From NCBI GenBank assembly GCA_044426085.1, contig JAWXUU010000009.1, positions 19,450 through 83,449 on the forward strand: a DNA stretch of 64,000 nucleotides, written 5' to 3'. The notes under the pieces are model-generated. The model did not search any database, was not told the DNA's origin, and saw only the letters and a program-made list of their open reading frames with translations. Origin of the DNA: Bacillota bacterium. GTDB taxonomy: Bacteria; Bacillota; Clostridia; Christensenellales; CAMQZB01. Each line of letters begins with the position of its first letter. Position 1 is the first letter of the stretch. The position numbers and the translations under genes are program-made. Below, one piece after another: positions 19,284 to 28,863 of the stretch.

Positions 19284-20474
19284 TTATTCTTCTACTTCGT
19301 CGTCTTCTCTACCTGGAGTTTTCAAGTCGAATTTTACGATAAGGAATCTGAATACTACGTAGTAGATGATTGCAAATGCAACGCCCATAACGCATAGAAT
19401 CCACATGTTGTTTGAAAGTGGGTTGAAGATTGAAAGAACAAAGTCAACCGCGCCTGCAGAGAATCCGAAACCTGCTGTTGCATGAAGTGCTGAAGCAACT
19501 GCAAGTGAAACACCTGTTAGTGCTGCGTGAACAACATAAAGCATTGGAGCTGCGAACATGAATGCAAATTCGATAGGTTCTGTGATACCAACAACGATTG
19601 CTGTTGCTGCTGCTGAAAGCATGATACCTTTTGTTTTTGCTTTGTTTTCTGGTTTTGCAGTGTGAATCATTGCAAGACATGCTGCTGGAAGACCACACAT
19701 CATGATTGGGAAGAAACCTGCTTGATACATACCAGTTACACCAACCACACCAGAGCCATCATCAATTGCTGATTGACCGCTTAGGAATGTTGTCAAATCG
19801 CCAATACCGATTGTGTCGAACCAGAATACGTTGTTTAGTGCGTGGTGAAGACCTGTTGGAATCAACAATCTGTTGAAGAATCCGAATAGACCTGCGCCGA
19901 ACCAACCAAGACCAACGAGCCATGTTCCGAATGCAACTAGCACTGAATAAACAACTGGCCAGATGAAGAACAATACAACTGAAACAAGCATCATAACGAA
20001 AGATGTAAGGATTGGAACCAATCTTTTTCCGTTGAAGAATGCAAGCCATGATGGAAGTTCTGTTTGATAGAATCTGTTATAAATTTCTGCCGCGATACAA
20101 CCTGAAAGGATACCAACGAATGCATTGCCGATTGCTGAGAAAGCAAGTGCTTTATCAGAACCAACTTCCATGCCAAGAACTGATGTTCCTGATGGAGTTA
20201 GCATTGCGATAACTGTCATATAGCCAACAAAACCAGCAAGTGCTGCTGCACCTTGGTTCTTTTTAGACAATCCAAATGCAACACCGATTGCAAATAGACA
20301 TGCCATATTGTTGATGATCGCACCACCAGCGTTCATAAGGAATGTTGCGATGATTCCGATAAATGCTGAATCAACTTGTTGCAATGCGTAAGCAAAGCCC
20401 ATGAACAAACCTGCTGCTGGAAGTACGGCAACCGGCACCATAAGCGCCTTGCCTAGTTTTTGTACATACTTCAT
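19284..20474 (-). CDS. nagE: PTS EIIC component, N-acetylglucosamine type
   Basis: QKLGKALMVPVAVLPAAG, FFNGKRLVP, RLLIPTGLHH, GITEPIEF, KTPGRE. Start reassigned to ATG 20474 after GAGGAGG. Confidence 0.88.
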   Translation of the reverse strand: MKYVQKLGKALMVPVAVLPAAGLFMGFAYALQQVDSAFIGIIATFLMNAGGAIINNMACLFAIGVAFGLSKKNQGAAALAGFVGYMTVIAMLTPSGTSVLGMEVGSDKALAFSAIGNAFVGILSGCIAAEIYNRFYQTELPSWLAFFNGKRLVPILTSFVMMLVSVVLFFIWPVVYSVLVAFGTWLVGLGWFGAGLFGFFNRLLIPTGLHHALNNVFWFDTIGIGDLTTFLSGQSAIDDGSGVVGVTGMYQAGFFPIMMCGLPAACLAMIHTAKPENKAKTKGIMLSAAATAIVVGITEPIEFAFMFAAPMLYVVHAALTGVSLAVASALHATAGFGFSAGAVDFVLSIFNPLSNNMWILCVMGVAFAIIYYVVFRFLIVKFDLKTPGREDDEVEE

Positions 20475-20719
20475 ATAAAGCCTCCTCATTTTCAATAATC
20501 TTTGATTATTGAATCTTTTAAAAGTTTTTTATCAATAACACATTCCCCAATGTGTTTATTGCCAATTAAAATGTTTGCGTTTTCACGCTCTTTATTGATT
20601 TATGCGTTTACCAATATTATGGTGTTTGTTTTTACCATATTATATCGTTAATCTTCTTATTTATAGTATTATTTTGCAATCCCCTGACTGCATTAGTTTA
20701 CAATTATTTAATATATTGT

Positions 20720-20748
20720 TATAATAACACAAAAATATCACATTGTCA
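20720..20748 (-). promoter_or_regulatory. Sigma-A promoter of the nagE-EIIB unit
   Basis: TTGACA-17 bp-TATTAT with extended TG. Confidence 0.65.
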
Positions 20749-20812
20749 ATACCCTTAGTTGAAATTTCAAGTAGTTTTTTCGTGGAATTTTCAACTATTT
20801 TTCAAATAGGTA

Positions 20813-20841
20813 TTGACAAAGAACTCTTTGTGTTATATAAT
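20813..20841 (+). promoter_or_regulatory. Consensus sigma-A promoter of the EIIA gene
   Basis: TTGACA-17 bp-TATAAT. Confidence 0.8.
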
Positions 20842-20867
20842 TATAAAAAAGTGCATTGGAGGTTTTA

Positions 20868-21317
20868 ATGAAACAAATATTTGGATACTGTGACGGAAAA
20901 AGCTGTGCAATTGAAAGCGTTTCCGATCCTGTTTTTGCGGAAAAAATGCTTGGTGACGGACTTGCTATTGTGCCCGCTGGTGATTGCGGAATTATATCTG
21001 CCCCTTTTGACGGCAAAATTGTGCTGGTTGCGGGAACAAAACATGCGATTGGGATTTGTGACGAAGAAGGAACAGAGTTTTTGATTCATATTGGGATTGA
21101 TACTGTAAAACTCGACGGTGCGGGTTTTGAAATTTTGACTGAAGTTGATGCAGACGTGAAAAAAGGTGCTCCACTTGCAAAGGTTGATTGGACGTATCTT
21201 AAATCGCAAAATCTCGACTGCTCTGTTATGCTTATCAACACCGATTATTCAATAAGCGACTTAAAAAAGAATATTGATATTGATGTAAACTCAGAAGTTG
21301 TTTGCGGAGAATATTAG
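20868..21317 (+). CDS. crr: PTS EIIA component, glucose family
   Basis: DPVFAEKMLGDG, TKHAIG, LIHIGIDTV. Confidence 0.9.
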   Translation: MKQIFGYCDGKSCAIESVSDPVFAEKMLGDGLAIVPAGDCGIISAPFDGKIVLVAGTKHAIGICDEEGTEFLIHIGIDTVKLDGAGFEILTEVDADVKKGAPLAKVDWTYLKSQNLDCSVMLINTDYSISDLKKNIDIDVNSEVVCGEY

Positions 21318-21340
21318 GCAAAAAATCGGAGATTTTTTGC

Positions 21341-21603
21341 AATTGAAAATTAAAAACAGGCTTCGCTCTGCGAGCTCGATAAAAATTAAAAATTAAAAAT
21401 TAAAAATTAAAAATTGTGGTATAGCACTCGCGTTGCTCGTGCATGCTATTTATTTGAAATTATAATAAGGAGCGTTACTTGTTGATAGTAACGCTCTTTC
21501 CATATTATATATAATTGAAAGCACGAGCCGAAGGCGAGTGCCTTACCACAATTTTCAATTTTTATCGAGCTCGCAGAGCGAAGCCTGTTTTTAATTTTTA
21601 ATT
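21341..21603. repeat. Heptamer-array/hairpin repeat, locus 3 (complete doublet with accessory hairpin in both arrays)
   Basis: Both arrays carry CAGGCTTCGCTCTGCGAGCTCGAT; central GAGCGTTACT...AGTAACGCTC palindrome; lies between convergent genes. Confidence 0.92.
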
Positions 21604-21647
21604 AACAAAACAAAGGTGTAGGAAATTTCCTACACCTTTGTTTTGTT
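21604..21647. terminator. Bidirectional terminator between crr and panE
   Basis: AACAAAACAAAGGTGTAGGA-AATT-TCCTACACCTTTGTTTTGTT perfect inverted repeat. Confidence 0.8.
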
Positions 21648-21653
21648 TAGTTT

Positions 21654-22577
21654 TTAATCATAAAATTGATACGCGCCTTCTACTGCGTGGATGAGGTTTA
21701 CGATAAGGGTGTTATATGGGGTTGGAACGCCGTATAATTTTGCTTGCTCGACAATCGCGCCGTTGATTGCGTCGATTTCCATTTTTGCACGGTTTTTTCT
21801 GTCTTGATACATTGAAGAATATCCTGCGCCCGCGGATTCGCAAACGCCTTTTACCATGTTCAAAACTTCCCTTCTATCAAAATATGTTCCGTCGGCTTCG
21901 GCAACTTCAACCGCTTCATAAACCAATCTTTTTGCAAAGTCCCATGCGTATTGATTTTGCAACATATAACCAATTGGCGTTTCGATTAGTGCTGTGAATG
22001 TGTTGATTGAAAGGTTTACAAAAAGTTTAGACCAAATGACGCGTTGAACGTCATCTGAAACTTCCATTTCAAATCCAACATCAGCAAGAATTTTCGCAAT
22101 TTCATCTATTTTTTCGCATTCTTTTGAGTTGCTTCCAATTGTTGTTGAGCCAATACCGCTGTGTTTTGTTACGCCACCGCCCATGTTGACTGCGTTGTTT
22201 TTTGTTGTGCCGATTATGATATTTTTTGTATCCACATATTGTGCAATCTTTCTATCGTGACCCGCACCGTTTTGCAATGTCATCACAACGGTGTTTTTGC
22301 CAAACAGTTTTTTGTTTGCCAAAAGCGCTGATTCGGAATAGTTTGTCTTTACAAATATTATAACCAAATCAACATCGCTGTTGTATTCGCCCGACATTTC
22401 CGCTTGAATGTTTTTGAAGTTTTTCACTTCTGACCCCACTTGGATTGTCACACCGTATTGCCTTATTGCGTCAACTTGCGGTTGATATGAATCAATCAAA
22501 ATCACCTCGTGATTTTGCGATAGGTAGCCACCGTATAAACAGCCCATTGCGCCCGCGCCGATAATTGCAATTTTCAT
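21654..22577 (-). CDS. panE: 2-dehydropantoate 2-reductase (PanE/ApbA family)
   Basis: MKIAIIGAGAMG, TLQNG, IWSKLFVN, SSMYQD...EIDAING. True start is ATG 22577 after AAGGAGG. Confidence 0.9.
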   Translation of the reverse strand: MKIAIIGAGAMGCLYGGYLSQNHEVILIDSYQPQVDAIRQYGVTIQVGSEVKNFKNIQAEMSGEYNSDVDLVIIFVKTNYSESALLANKKLFGKNTVVMTLQNGAGHDRKIAQYVDTKNIIIGTTKNNAVNMGGGVTKHSGIGSTTIGSNSKECEKIDEIAKILADVGFEMEVSDDVQRVIWSKLFVNLSINTFTALIETPIGYMLQNQYAWDFAKRLVYEAVEVAEADGTYFDRREVLNMVKGVCESAGAGYSSMYQDRKNRAKMEIDAINGAIVEQAKLYGVPTPYNTLIVNLIHAVEGAYQFYD

Positions 22578-22593
22578 AAAATTATGTCCTCCT

Positions 22594-22705
22594 TTGCTAG
22601 ATATTATTATTTTCTTGTTGCTAGATATTATTATTTTCTTGTTGCTAGATATTATTATTTTCTTGTTGCTAGATATTATTATTTTCTTGTTGCTAGATAT
22701 TATTA
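22594..22705. repeat. 24-bp perfect tandem repeat (4 full copies plus 16 nt)
   Basis: TTGCTAGATATTATTATTTTCTTG starting at 22594, 22618, 22642, 22666 and 22690 (partial). Confidence 0.95.
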
Positions 22706-22787
22706 GCGTAAAAAAAATTACGCTTTTTATTACAACAAAAAAGGGACTCACCTTGCGGTTTGCCCCTTTGCTTTTTATTTTGTTTGA

Positions 22788-23450
22788 TTAGCCTTGCATT
22801 CTTGCGATTTCAGCTTCCACTTCACTTGAAAGGTCGTTTACTTTCTTTTCTAGGCCTTCACCCATTTCGTATCTTACGAATCTTCTTACAGAGATTTTTT
22901 CGCCGATTGTTGCTGTTGCTTCATTAACGACGTCTTTAACTGTTTTAGAAGGGTCTTTAACATATTTTTGTTCAAGAAGACAAATTTCTTCAAGGAATTT
23001 ATTGATTCTGCCTTCAACCATTTTTTCAATTACGTTTGCTGGCTTTGGTTTTGGTTCGTTCAATGCTTGATGAGTCAAGATTTCTCTTTCTTTCGCAATT
23101 CTTTCTTGGTTTACTTCTTCAGCTGATACAAATTCAGGCTTTACCGCTGCGATGTGCAATGCGATGTTTTTAACCAAATCTTTGAAGCTGTCTGATCTTG
23201 CAACGAAGTCTGTTTCACAGTTTACTTCAAGAAGTACACCGATTCTTCCGCCAAGGTGAATGTAGCTTTCAACAATACCTTCAGATGCGATTTTGCCTGC
23301 ACGTTTTGAAGCTGTTGCCATACCTTTTTCTCTTAAAAGTACAACTGCTTTTTCAACATCGCCACCAACTTCTGTTAGGGCTTTTTTGCAATCCATCATT
23401 CCAACGCCTGTTTTTGCGCGTAGGTCCATTACGTCTTTATTTGTGAACAT
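22788..23450 (-). CDS. tsf: Elongation factor Ts (short form)
   Basis: LRAKTGVGMMDCKKAL, EVNCETDFVA. Confidence 0.97.
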   Translation of the reverse strand: MFTNKDVMDLRAKTGVGMMDCKKALTEVGGDVEKAVVLLREKGMATASKRAGKIASEGIVESYIHLGGRIGVLLEVNCETDFVARSDSFKDLVKNIALHIAAVKPEFVSAEEVNQERIAKEREILTHQALNEPKPKPANVIEKMVEGRINKFLEEICLLEQKYVKDPSKTVKDVVNEATATIGEKISVRRFVRYEMGEGLEKKVNDLSSEVEAEIARMQG

Positions 23451-23501
23451 GATATTTTCTCCTATTTATTCGTTAAAAATTTTTTGGAAATTTTTATATT
23501 C

Positions 23502-24239
23502 TTACGCTTCTACTGCTGTAGCTTCAACTTCTGCTGCTGTCATAGCTGCTTCTTGTTCGCCACCTCTGCCTTCGATGATAGCATCAGCAACCATGCCTGC
23601 GATAAGTTTTACCGCTCTGATTGCGTCGTCATTACCAGGAATTACGTAGTCGATATCGTCTGGATCACAGTTTGTATCTACGATGGCAACGATTGGAATG
23701 TTAAGAGTTTTTGCTTCCAAAACTGCAATCGCTTCTTTTTTAGGGTCTACGATGAAAAGTACGTCTGGAAGTTTTTTCATTTCTCTGATACCGCCAAGGT
23801 TAGTGTTCAATTTGTCGCGTTTTGCGTTCAAACCGATAACTTCTTTTTTAGGCAACAATTCGAATTCGCCATTTTTTTCCATGTTGTCGATTTCGTTAAG
23901 TTTTTCAATTCTTGTTCTGATTGTTTTGAAGTTTGTCATTGTTCCACCAAGCCATCTAGAGTTGATATAGAACATGTTTGCACGAAGTGCTTCTTCTTTG
24001 ATTGCTTCAGACGCTTGTTTCTTTGTTCCTACGAACAAGAAAGTTTTGCCTTCTGCGCTTGCTTTTGAAATGAAGTTATATGCTTGTTCTGCAAGCACCA
24101 CTGTTTTTTGCAAGTCGATAATGTAGATATCGTTTCTTGCTGCGTAGATATATCTCTTCATTTTTGGGTTCCAACGTTTTGTTTGGTGACCGAAGTGTAC
24201 ACCAGCTTCCAAGAGCTGTTTCATAGTTAAAATTGGCAT
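23502..24239 (-). CDS. rpsB: 30S ribosomal protein S2
   Basis: [28 protein letters not shown]. Start is ATG 24239 after AGGAGG. Confidence 0.97.
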   Translation of the reverse strand: MPILTMKQLLEAGVHFGHQTKRWNPKMKRYIYAARNDIYIIDLQKTVVLAEQAYNFISKASAEGKTFLFVGTKKQASEAIKEEALRANMFYINSRWLGGTMTNFKTIRTRIEKLNEIDNMEKNGEFELLPKKEVIGLNAKRDKLNTNLGGIREMKKLPDVLFIVDPKKEAIAVLEAKTLNIPIVAIVDTNCDPDDIDYVIPGNDDAIRAVKLIAGMVADAIIEGRGGEQEAAMTAAEVEATAVEA

Positions 24240-24330
24240 AAGATTTCCTCCTGTTTTTTCCTCCCATTCGGCTTTTATGTTTCGCTCCAACCTGTGATTT
24301 GGCAACAGGAGCAACCGATATGGTGTGTTT
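24240..24330 (-). promoter_or_regulatory. Probable rpsB (S2) autoregulatory leader
   Basis: Structured 5' UTR beginning AAACACACC...CGGTTG...CCGAATGG...GGAGG, like Firmicutes rpsB leaders. Confidence 0.55.
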
Positions 24331-24636
24331 TAGCCTTAAATAGTATACATTTATCCAGAAAAAAAAGCAAGTGTTTTTTAATTATTTTATGCTTTTTATT
24401 GCTTTTTTTAGCGATTTTTTTACTTTTTTCATCAATGAATATTTTTACACCTTTATTTTGATATTTTGCCGTGCAAATTTTGTCGAGCATTCATCTTTAT
24501 AAATTTAATTTTATATTTTTTTGTTTTTTTGTTGCATTTTTTCTTTCTTGCATATATAATGATAAAGAAACTCACGCAATTTTTTGCATAAATTTTTGCT
24601 TGAGTCACTAAATATCGAAATTTTTATGGAGTATAT

Positions 24637-25455
24637 ATGAAATATTTTAGAAATACAACCAAATATGTTTTCCGCAATTTTCCAATGTTGCTTTTGTTTG
24701 CATTTATCCCTGCGATAATTTTATGCTTCACTGGTAATATATGGAAATTCGTGGCTTTCTTTGCAAATTCAAACGCGGTTTCATTATCCTTTGGTCAAAT
24801 ATACAGTTATTTTTCATTCATGTTTGGAGAATCTGTGTTGCTTGGACTTTTAGGCATTTTTGTGGTGGCATTTTTCGCTTCACTCACATTTTCTGCCATT
24901 GAAAGACACATGAAAATCGGCAAGATTTCTATTTCTAGACCATTCGCAAGGGTGGACGAAACAATTCTTGCGGTTTTGCCTGTTTTTGCTTTTTACATAA
25001 TCATGCTCGAATTTTGCGCGCTTTTCAACACTACTATCATCGTTTGTGCGGGGCTTGTTTCTTCGACGTTTGCAAGCGTTGTTGCTGTTGTTTCTACACT
25101 TGTGATTTACGGCGCTAGCATTGTTGTGGCTGTGCAAATCATCTTCTGGATTCCATCCATGATTGTTCTTGGATATCCGCTTAAATCTGCTTTGATTTTT
25201 TCGATGAATTCCATTTCGGGCAAAACTTCATACGCTTTTAAACACTTCGCAATAAGCATTATTCTCGGCACGGTGATTTCAGGTTGTGCATACGTTTTCC
25301 TTTCTGGAATAATAGGTGCTTTCACACCGCTTATTATCACAGCTGTTTATTTGCTTTTGTTTATGTTTATTATATCTTATTCTATGGTGGCGTTTTTCGA
25401 CGTTGCTGAAGAGACGAGAAACGATATCAAAGGCAAGAAAAATTACATCACATAG
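24637..25455 (+). CDS. Polytopic membrane protein of unknown function
   Basis: 272 aa, about 6 hydrophobic segments, RBS GGAG. Confidence 0.7.
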   Translation: MKYFRNTTKYVFRNFPMLLLFAFIPAIILCFTGNIWKFVAFFANSNAVSLSFGQIYSYFSFMFGESVLLGLLGIFVVAFFASLTFSAIERHMKIGKISISRPFARVDETILAVLPVFAFYIIMLEFCALFNTTIIVCAGLVSSTFASVVAVVSTLVIYGASIVVAVQIIFWIPSMIVLGYPLKSALIFSMNSISGKTSYAFKHFAISIILGTVISGCAYVFLSGIIGAFTPLIITAVYLLLFMFIISYSMVAFFDVAEETRNDIKGKKNYIT

Positions 25456-25491
25456 CACTGTGAAACTTCGTTTTGCTTTAGGGGGGTTTAT

Positions 25492-26439
25492 ATGTATTTG
25501 AAAAATACTTTCAATGTGTTTTCTTCCAATTTCACATTGACATTCAAACTTTTATTTTATAAATTTATCGTTGCAAGCATTTGCGTGGGCATCGGTTTTG
25601 CAACTATTTTGCCACTTTTTGAGCCTGTTGTTTACGACATGCAACAAGCGGGCGTGTTTGATACTGTTGCACTGCTCTCGCAAAGCGTAAGCGATTTCAC
25701 GCTGTTTTCCGACAGTGTTTCTGCTGAACTTTTGCTATCTATCACTGCGATTAAAGAAATCTTGATTTATCATTCTTCAAGCCTTATGGCGATTTATCTT
25801 GGGTTTGGGGTTTTGTTGCTTATTTGGTATTTATGCTCTTCTGCAATCGACGTTGCAATGTGCGAAGTTATCAACTTTTTTTGCAAGCAAAAAACTAAAC
25901 GCAGTTTGGTGGCTTGTTTTATCACTAGGTTTGTTGAGGTTTGCAAATACACTTTCTTTAAACTGTTCTTGATTTTGCCTGTGGAAATTTTTATTTTCAT
26001 TTTGGCGGGGGCGGTTTACGTTTTCAATATCGGCGGAATCTTTTCGACATCACTTGCAATCACTGTTATTTACATTCTGATTCCACTTAAAAATCAATTT
26101 ACTTGCCTTTTTGCACCTTGCCTTGTGAATTCATCTGACGGCGTGTTCAAAAGCTTCAAGCGTGGTTATGCACTCTCTTTATCAAAGGGGGTTAAGGTTT
26201 ATTCTTCCAACCTTTTCATTATGATTATGGGAATTATGTTCTGCACTATCGCATCTATTTCTTCACTCGGCGCACTGTCGCTTTATTCCTTCGCCATTTA
26301 CGCGGTTTTCTATAAATGCTACACCATGACGCTTTATTACAACCTAGCCGGCGTGAGATTCTATTCCGACAGCGAAACCATCGTGACACCTTATATCGTG
26401 AAGGTTCAGGAAGGGGATTATGTTATTGATTTGCTGTAA
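25492..26439 (+). CDS. Polytopic membrane protein of unknown function
   Basis: 315 aa, about 6 hydrophobic segments, G-rich RBS; in tandem with the previous gene. Confidence 0.7.
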   Translation: MYLKNTFNVFSSNFTLTFKLLFYKFIVASICVGIGFATILPLFEPVVYDMQQAGVFDTVALLSQSVSDFTLFSDSVSAELLLSITAIKEILIYHSSSLMAIYLGFGVLLLIWYLCSSAIDVAMCEVINFFCKQKTKRSLVACFITRFVEVCKYTFFKLFLILPVEIFIFILAGAVYVFNIGGIFSTSLAITVIYILIPLKNQFTCLFAPCLVNSSDGVFKSFKRGYALSLSKGVKVYSSNLFIMIMGIMFCTIASISSLGALSLYSFAIYAVFYKCYTMTLYYNLAGVRFYSDSETIVTPYIVKVQEGDYVIDLL

Positions 26440-26520
26440 AAAGAGAGTTGTTACTAGATACGAAATTAAAACTAGGTCGGCGTTGGTTGCCTAGGTTTGA
26501 ATTTCTGCACCACCTTATAG

Positions 26521-26736
26521 AATTAAAAATTAAAAATTAAAAATTGTGGTAAGCACTCGCTTTGCTCGTGCATACTATTATTTAGAAATTTAAAAGGAGC
26601 ATTACTTGCTAATAGTAACGCTCCTTTCGTCTTATCTAATATTGAATGCACAGGGAGCTTCGCTCCCGTGCTTTACCACAATTTTTAATTTTTATCGAGC
26701 TCGCAGAGCGAAGCCTGTTTTTAATTTTTAATTTTT
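26521..26736. repeat. Heptamer-array/hairpin repeat, locus 4 (complete doublet, inverted relative to locus 2)
   Basis: (AAAAATT)n GTGGTAAGCACTCGCTTTGCTCGTGC, central GGAGCATTACT...AGTAACGCTCC, GCACAGGGAGCTTCGCTCCCGTGCTTTACCAC, then an array with the accessory hairpin. Confidence 0.92.
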
Positions 26737-26783
26737 TAAAGTGATGCAGAATTTCAAAACCAGTCAACCCCATCCCCACTTCT

Positions 26784-27455
26784 CTATTCAAACGATACAA
26801 TTGCTCCGTTGATTTTGAAGCCTAGGCTTGTGAATTTTGCTTCGTATTCTGTGATTATGTTTTCTTCTTGCCATTCGGCGTGAAGATCCCGCGTGACGAA
26901 GTGCATATTCGCACCGATTTCTTCATACTGCGTGAGTGAGAAATCAAAAAAGTCTTTATCGTCTGTTTTTTGATACAGCTTGCCACCTTGTTTTAGCAGT
27001 GCTTTATAGCTTTGCAAAAATCCAACGTATGTTAGTCTGCTCTTATAATACGCCTTTTTTTGATACGGCGTTGAAAAGTTTAAAATCACCCTTTCGATGC
27101 TTCCTTCAGCGATGTATTTTTCAAGGTATTCCGCACCTGTGCAAAGAAACTTGAGGTTTGGCAAATCAAGCGGTTTTGCCAGTTCACAGGCGTCGATAAG
27201 CACGTTTGAGATGTATTCCACCGCCAAGATATTGATTTCGGGATGACGCTTTGCATGCTCGATTGCATAACCGCCTTTGCCACAGCCAATTTCGAGATAC
27301 ACGGGGTTGTCGTTGCCAAAGATTTGCTTGAAATCTAGCAGTTCTTTGTTTGCTTTTGCAACTCTTGCGTCGGCTTCCGCCTTATTTATTTCTATCCAAA
27401 GACCTTTGAATGTTTCAAAGCGTTCATCTAGATGTCTTTTTCTGCGCATTCTCAT
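26784..27455 (-). CDS. trmB: tRNA (guanine-N7)-methyltransferase
   Basis: MRMRRK, LEIGCGKG, KTDD, TEYEAKF. Confidence 0.94.
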   Translation of the reverse strand: MRMRRKRHLDERFETFKGLWIEINKAEADARVAKANKELLDFKQIFGNDNPVYLEIGCGKGGYAIEHAKRHPEINILAVEYISNVLIDACELAKPLDLPNLKFLCTGAEYLEKYIAEGSIERVILNFSTPYQKKAYYKSRLTYVGFLQSYKALLKQGGKLYQKTDDKDFFDFSLTQYEEIGANMHFVTRDLHAEWQEENIITEYEAKFTSLGFKINGAIVSFE

Positions 27456-27524
27456 GCCTTAGTTCTCCTTTGGGATTTGTAATAAAAAAACTTCCTCAAA
27501 AAAATTTGAGGAAGTCAGTTTCAA

Positions 27525-27773
27525 TTATTCACCTTTGAATGGTAGAAGTGCCATAACTCTTGCTCTTTTGATTGCTGAGCTTAGTTCTCTTTGATGTTTT
27601 GCACAAACGCCACTCATACGTCTTGGTATGATTTTTCCCTTTTCTGTGATGAATTTTTTCAAAGTTGCAACATCTTTATAGTCAATTTCTCCGAATTTCT
27701 CAACGCAGAATAGGCAAACTTTTTTACGTGGAATTTTCTTATATGGACGTTTTTGTCCTTGTTCGATAGCCAT
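27525..27773 (-). CDS. rpsR: 30S ribosomal protein S18 (Zn-binding Cys form)
   Basis: CLFC...IDYKD...GKIIPRR...CAKHQR. Confidence 0.97.
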   Translation of the reverse strand: MAIEQGQKRPYKKIPRKKVCLFCVEKFGEIDYKDVATLKKFITEKGKIIPRRMSGVCAKHQRELSSAIKRARVMALLPFKGE

Positions 27774-27814
27774 TGAATGCCCTCCTTATTTATTTTGATA
27801 TGGTTTTCTATTTC

Positions 27815-28249
27815 CTAGAAAGGAAGATCTTCATCTTCCACCGGACGCATGTCTGACATGCTTGTCTTGTTTCCTACTTCTTTAGGTTGTCTGTTATAGC
27901 TTGGTGCTGGTGCTCCGCCTTCTTCTTGACCCTTAGGTGTCAAAAATTCAACGTCGTCTGCTGAAATGTCTGTGAAATATCTTGTCACTCCGTCTTTTTC
28001 TGATTGAGAAATTTGGATTGAACCTGAAACGGCAACTTTGCTGCCTTTTTTCAAATATCTTACACAGTTATCAGCGAGTCCTCGCCAACAAACTACACTC
28101 AAAAAATCTGTTTCTCTTTCGCCATTCGCATTTGCAAATCTTCTTGATACAGCAACTGTGAATCTGCAATATGAGATTCCAGATGTTGTGACTTGTCCTT
28201 CAGGATCTCTTGTCAAGTTCCCAACGATAAATACTTTATTCATAGTCAC
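27815..28249 (-). CDS. ssb: Single-stranded DNA-binding protein
   Basis: MNKVFIVGNLTRDPE, C-terminal DEDLPF. Confidence 0.97.
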   Translation of the reverse strand: MTMNKVFIVGNLTRDPEGQVTTSGISYCRFTVAVSRRFANANGERETDFLSVVCWRGLADNCVRYLKKGSKVAVSGSIQISQSEKDGVTRYFTDISADDVEFLTPKGQEEGGAPAPSYNRQPKEVGNKTSMSDMRPVEDEDLPF

Positions 28250-28262
28250 ACCCCTCTTAGGA

Positions 28263-28721
28263 TTATTCTTGCGCTGGAGCTACTTCTTCAGTGGCTGGAG
28301 CTTCTTGAGCTGGAGCTTCTTCTGTTGCTGGAGCAACTTCTGGAGCAACTTGTGCTACAACTGGAGCTGCTGCTGGAGCAGATTCTCTTGTTGGTCTTGG
28401 AGCTCTTGGTTTTCTTACTGCCAATGTCTTTTTGTTTTCGATAACATTTGTGATCATTTCGCGAACGTAAGCTTCGTTTAGGCCCATTCTTCTTTTAAGT
28501 TCAAGCAACAATGATGGATCAAGTTCAAATTTGATCAATACATAGAAACCTTCATTCTTATAGTTGATTGGATAAGCGAATTTTTTCATACCCCACTTTT
28601 CAACTTCGATGATTGCACCGTTATTTTCTGTGATGTAAGCTTCAACCTTTGCGATTGCTTCTTCCCTTTTTTCTTCTACAACATCTTTATCGATGATAAA
28701 AAGAATTTCATACTTTTTCAT
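28263..28721 (-). CDS. rpsF: 30S ribosomal protein S6 with long Ala/Pro/Glu C-terminal extension
   Basis: KYEILFII...WGMKKFAYPI...GFYVL; rpsF-ssb-rpsR order. Confidence 0.96.
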   Translation of the reverse strand: MKKYEILFIIDKDVVEEKREEAIAKVEAYITENNGAIIEVEKWGMKKFAYPINYKNEGFYVLIKFELDPSLLLELKRRMGLNEAYVREMITNVIENKKTLAVRKPRAPRPTRESAPAAAPVVAQVAPEVAPATEEAPAQEAPATEEVAPAQE

Positions 28722-28727
28722 ATAGTT

Positions 28728-28775
28728 TCACCTCCTCGTGGACTTTGGCTTTCCATTCCTTGGAAAGCAAGGATG
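28728..28775 (-). promoter_or_regulatory. S6:S18 ribosomal protein leader
   Basis: TCCTTGCTTTCCA-AGGAA-TGGAAAGC-CAAAGTCCACGAGGAGGTG upstream of rpsF. Confidence 0.65.
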
Positions 28776-28863
28776 CATGACTGTCTGTCATACCCGAATA
28801 TATTATCAAAAAATATTCAAAAAAGCAAGCAAAATTGCCTGCTTTTATTAGCTTTTTTATAGT

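Noticed and set aside
20660-20705. BglG/GlcT RAT site in the nagE leader
   Set aside because: Only a weak resemblance and no overlapping terminator.
22594-22705. CRISPR array
   Set aside because: The units are identical and directly adjacent, with no unique spacers and no cas genes.
21654-22751. 365-aa PanE with an N-terminal (SSNKKIII)n extension
   Set aside because: The extension is the in-frame VNTR read through; a strong RBS and the Rossmann start place the ATG at 22577.
28193-28444. Leu/Glu-rich plus-strand ORF
   Set aside because: It is the antisense shadow of the repetitive rpsF tail.
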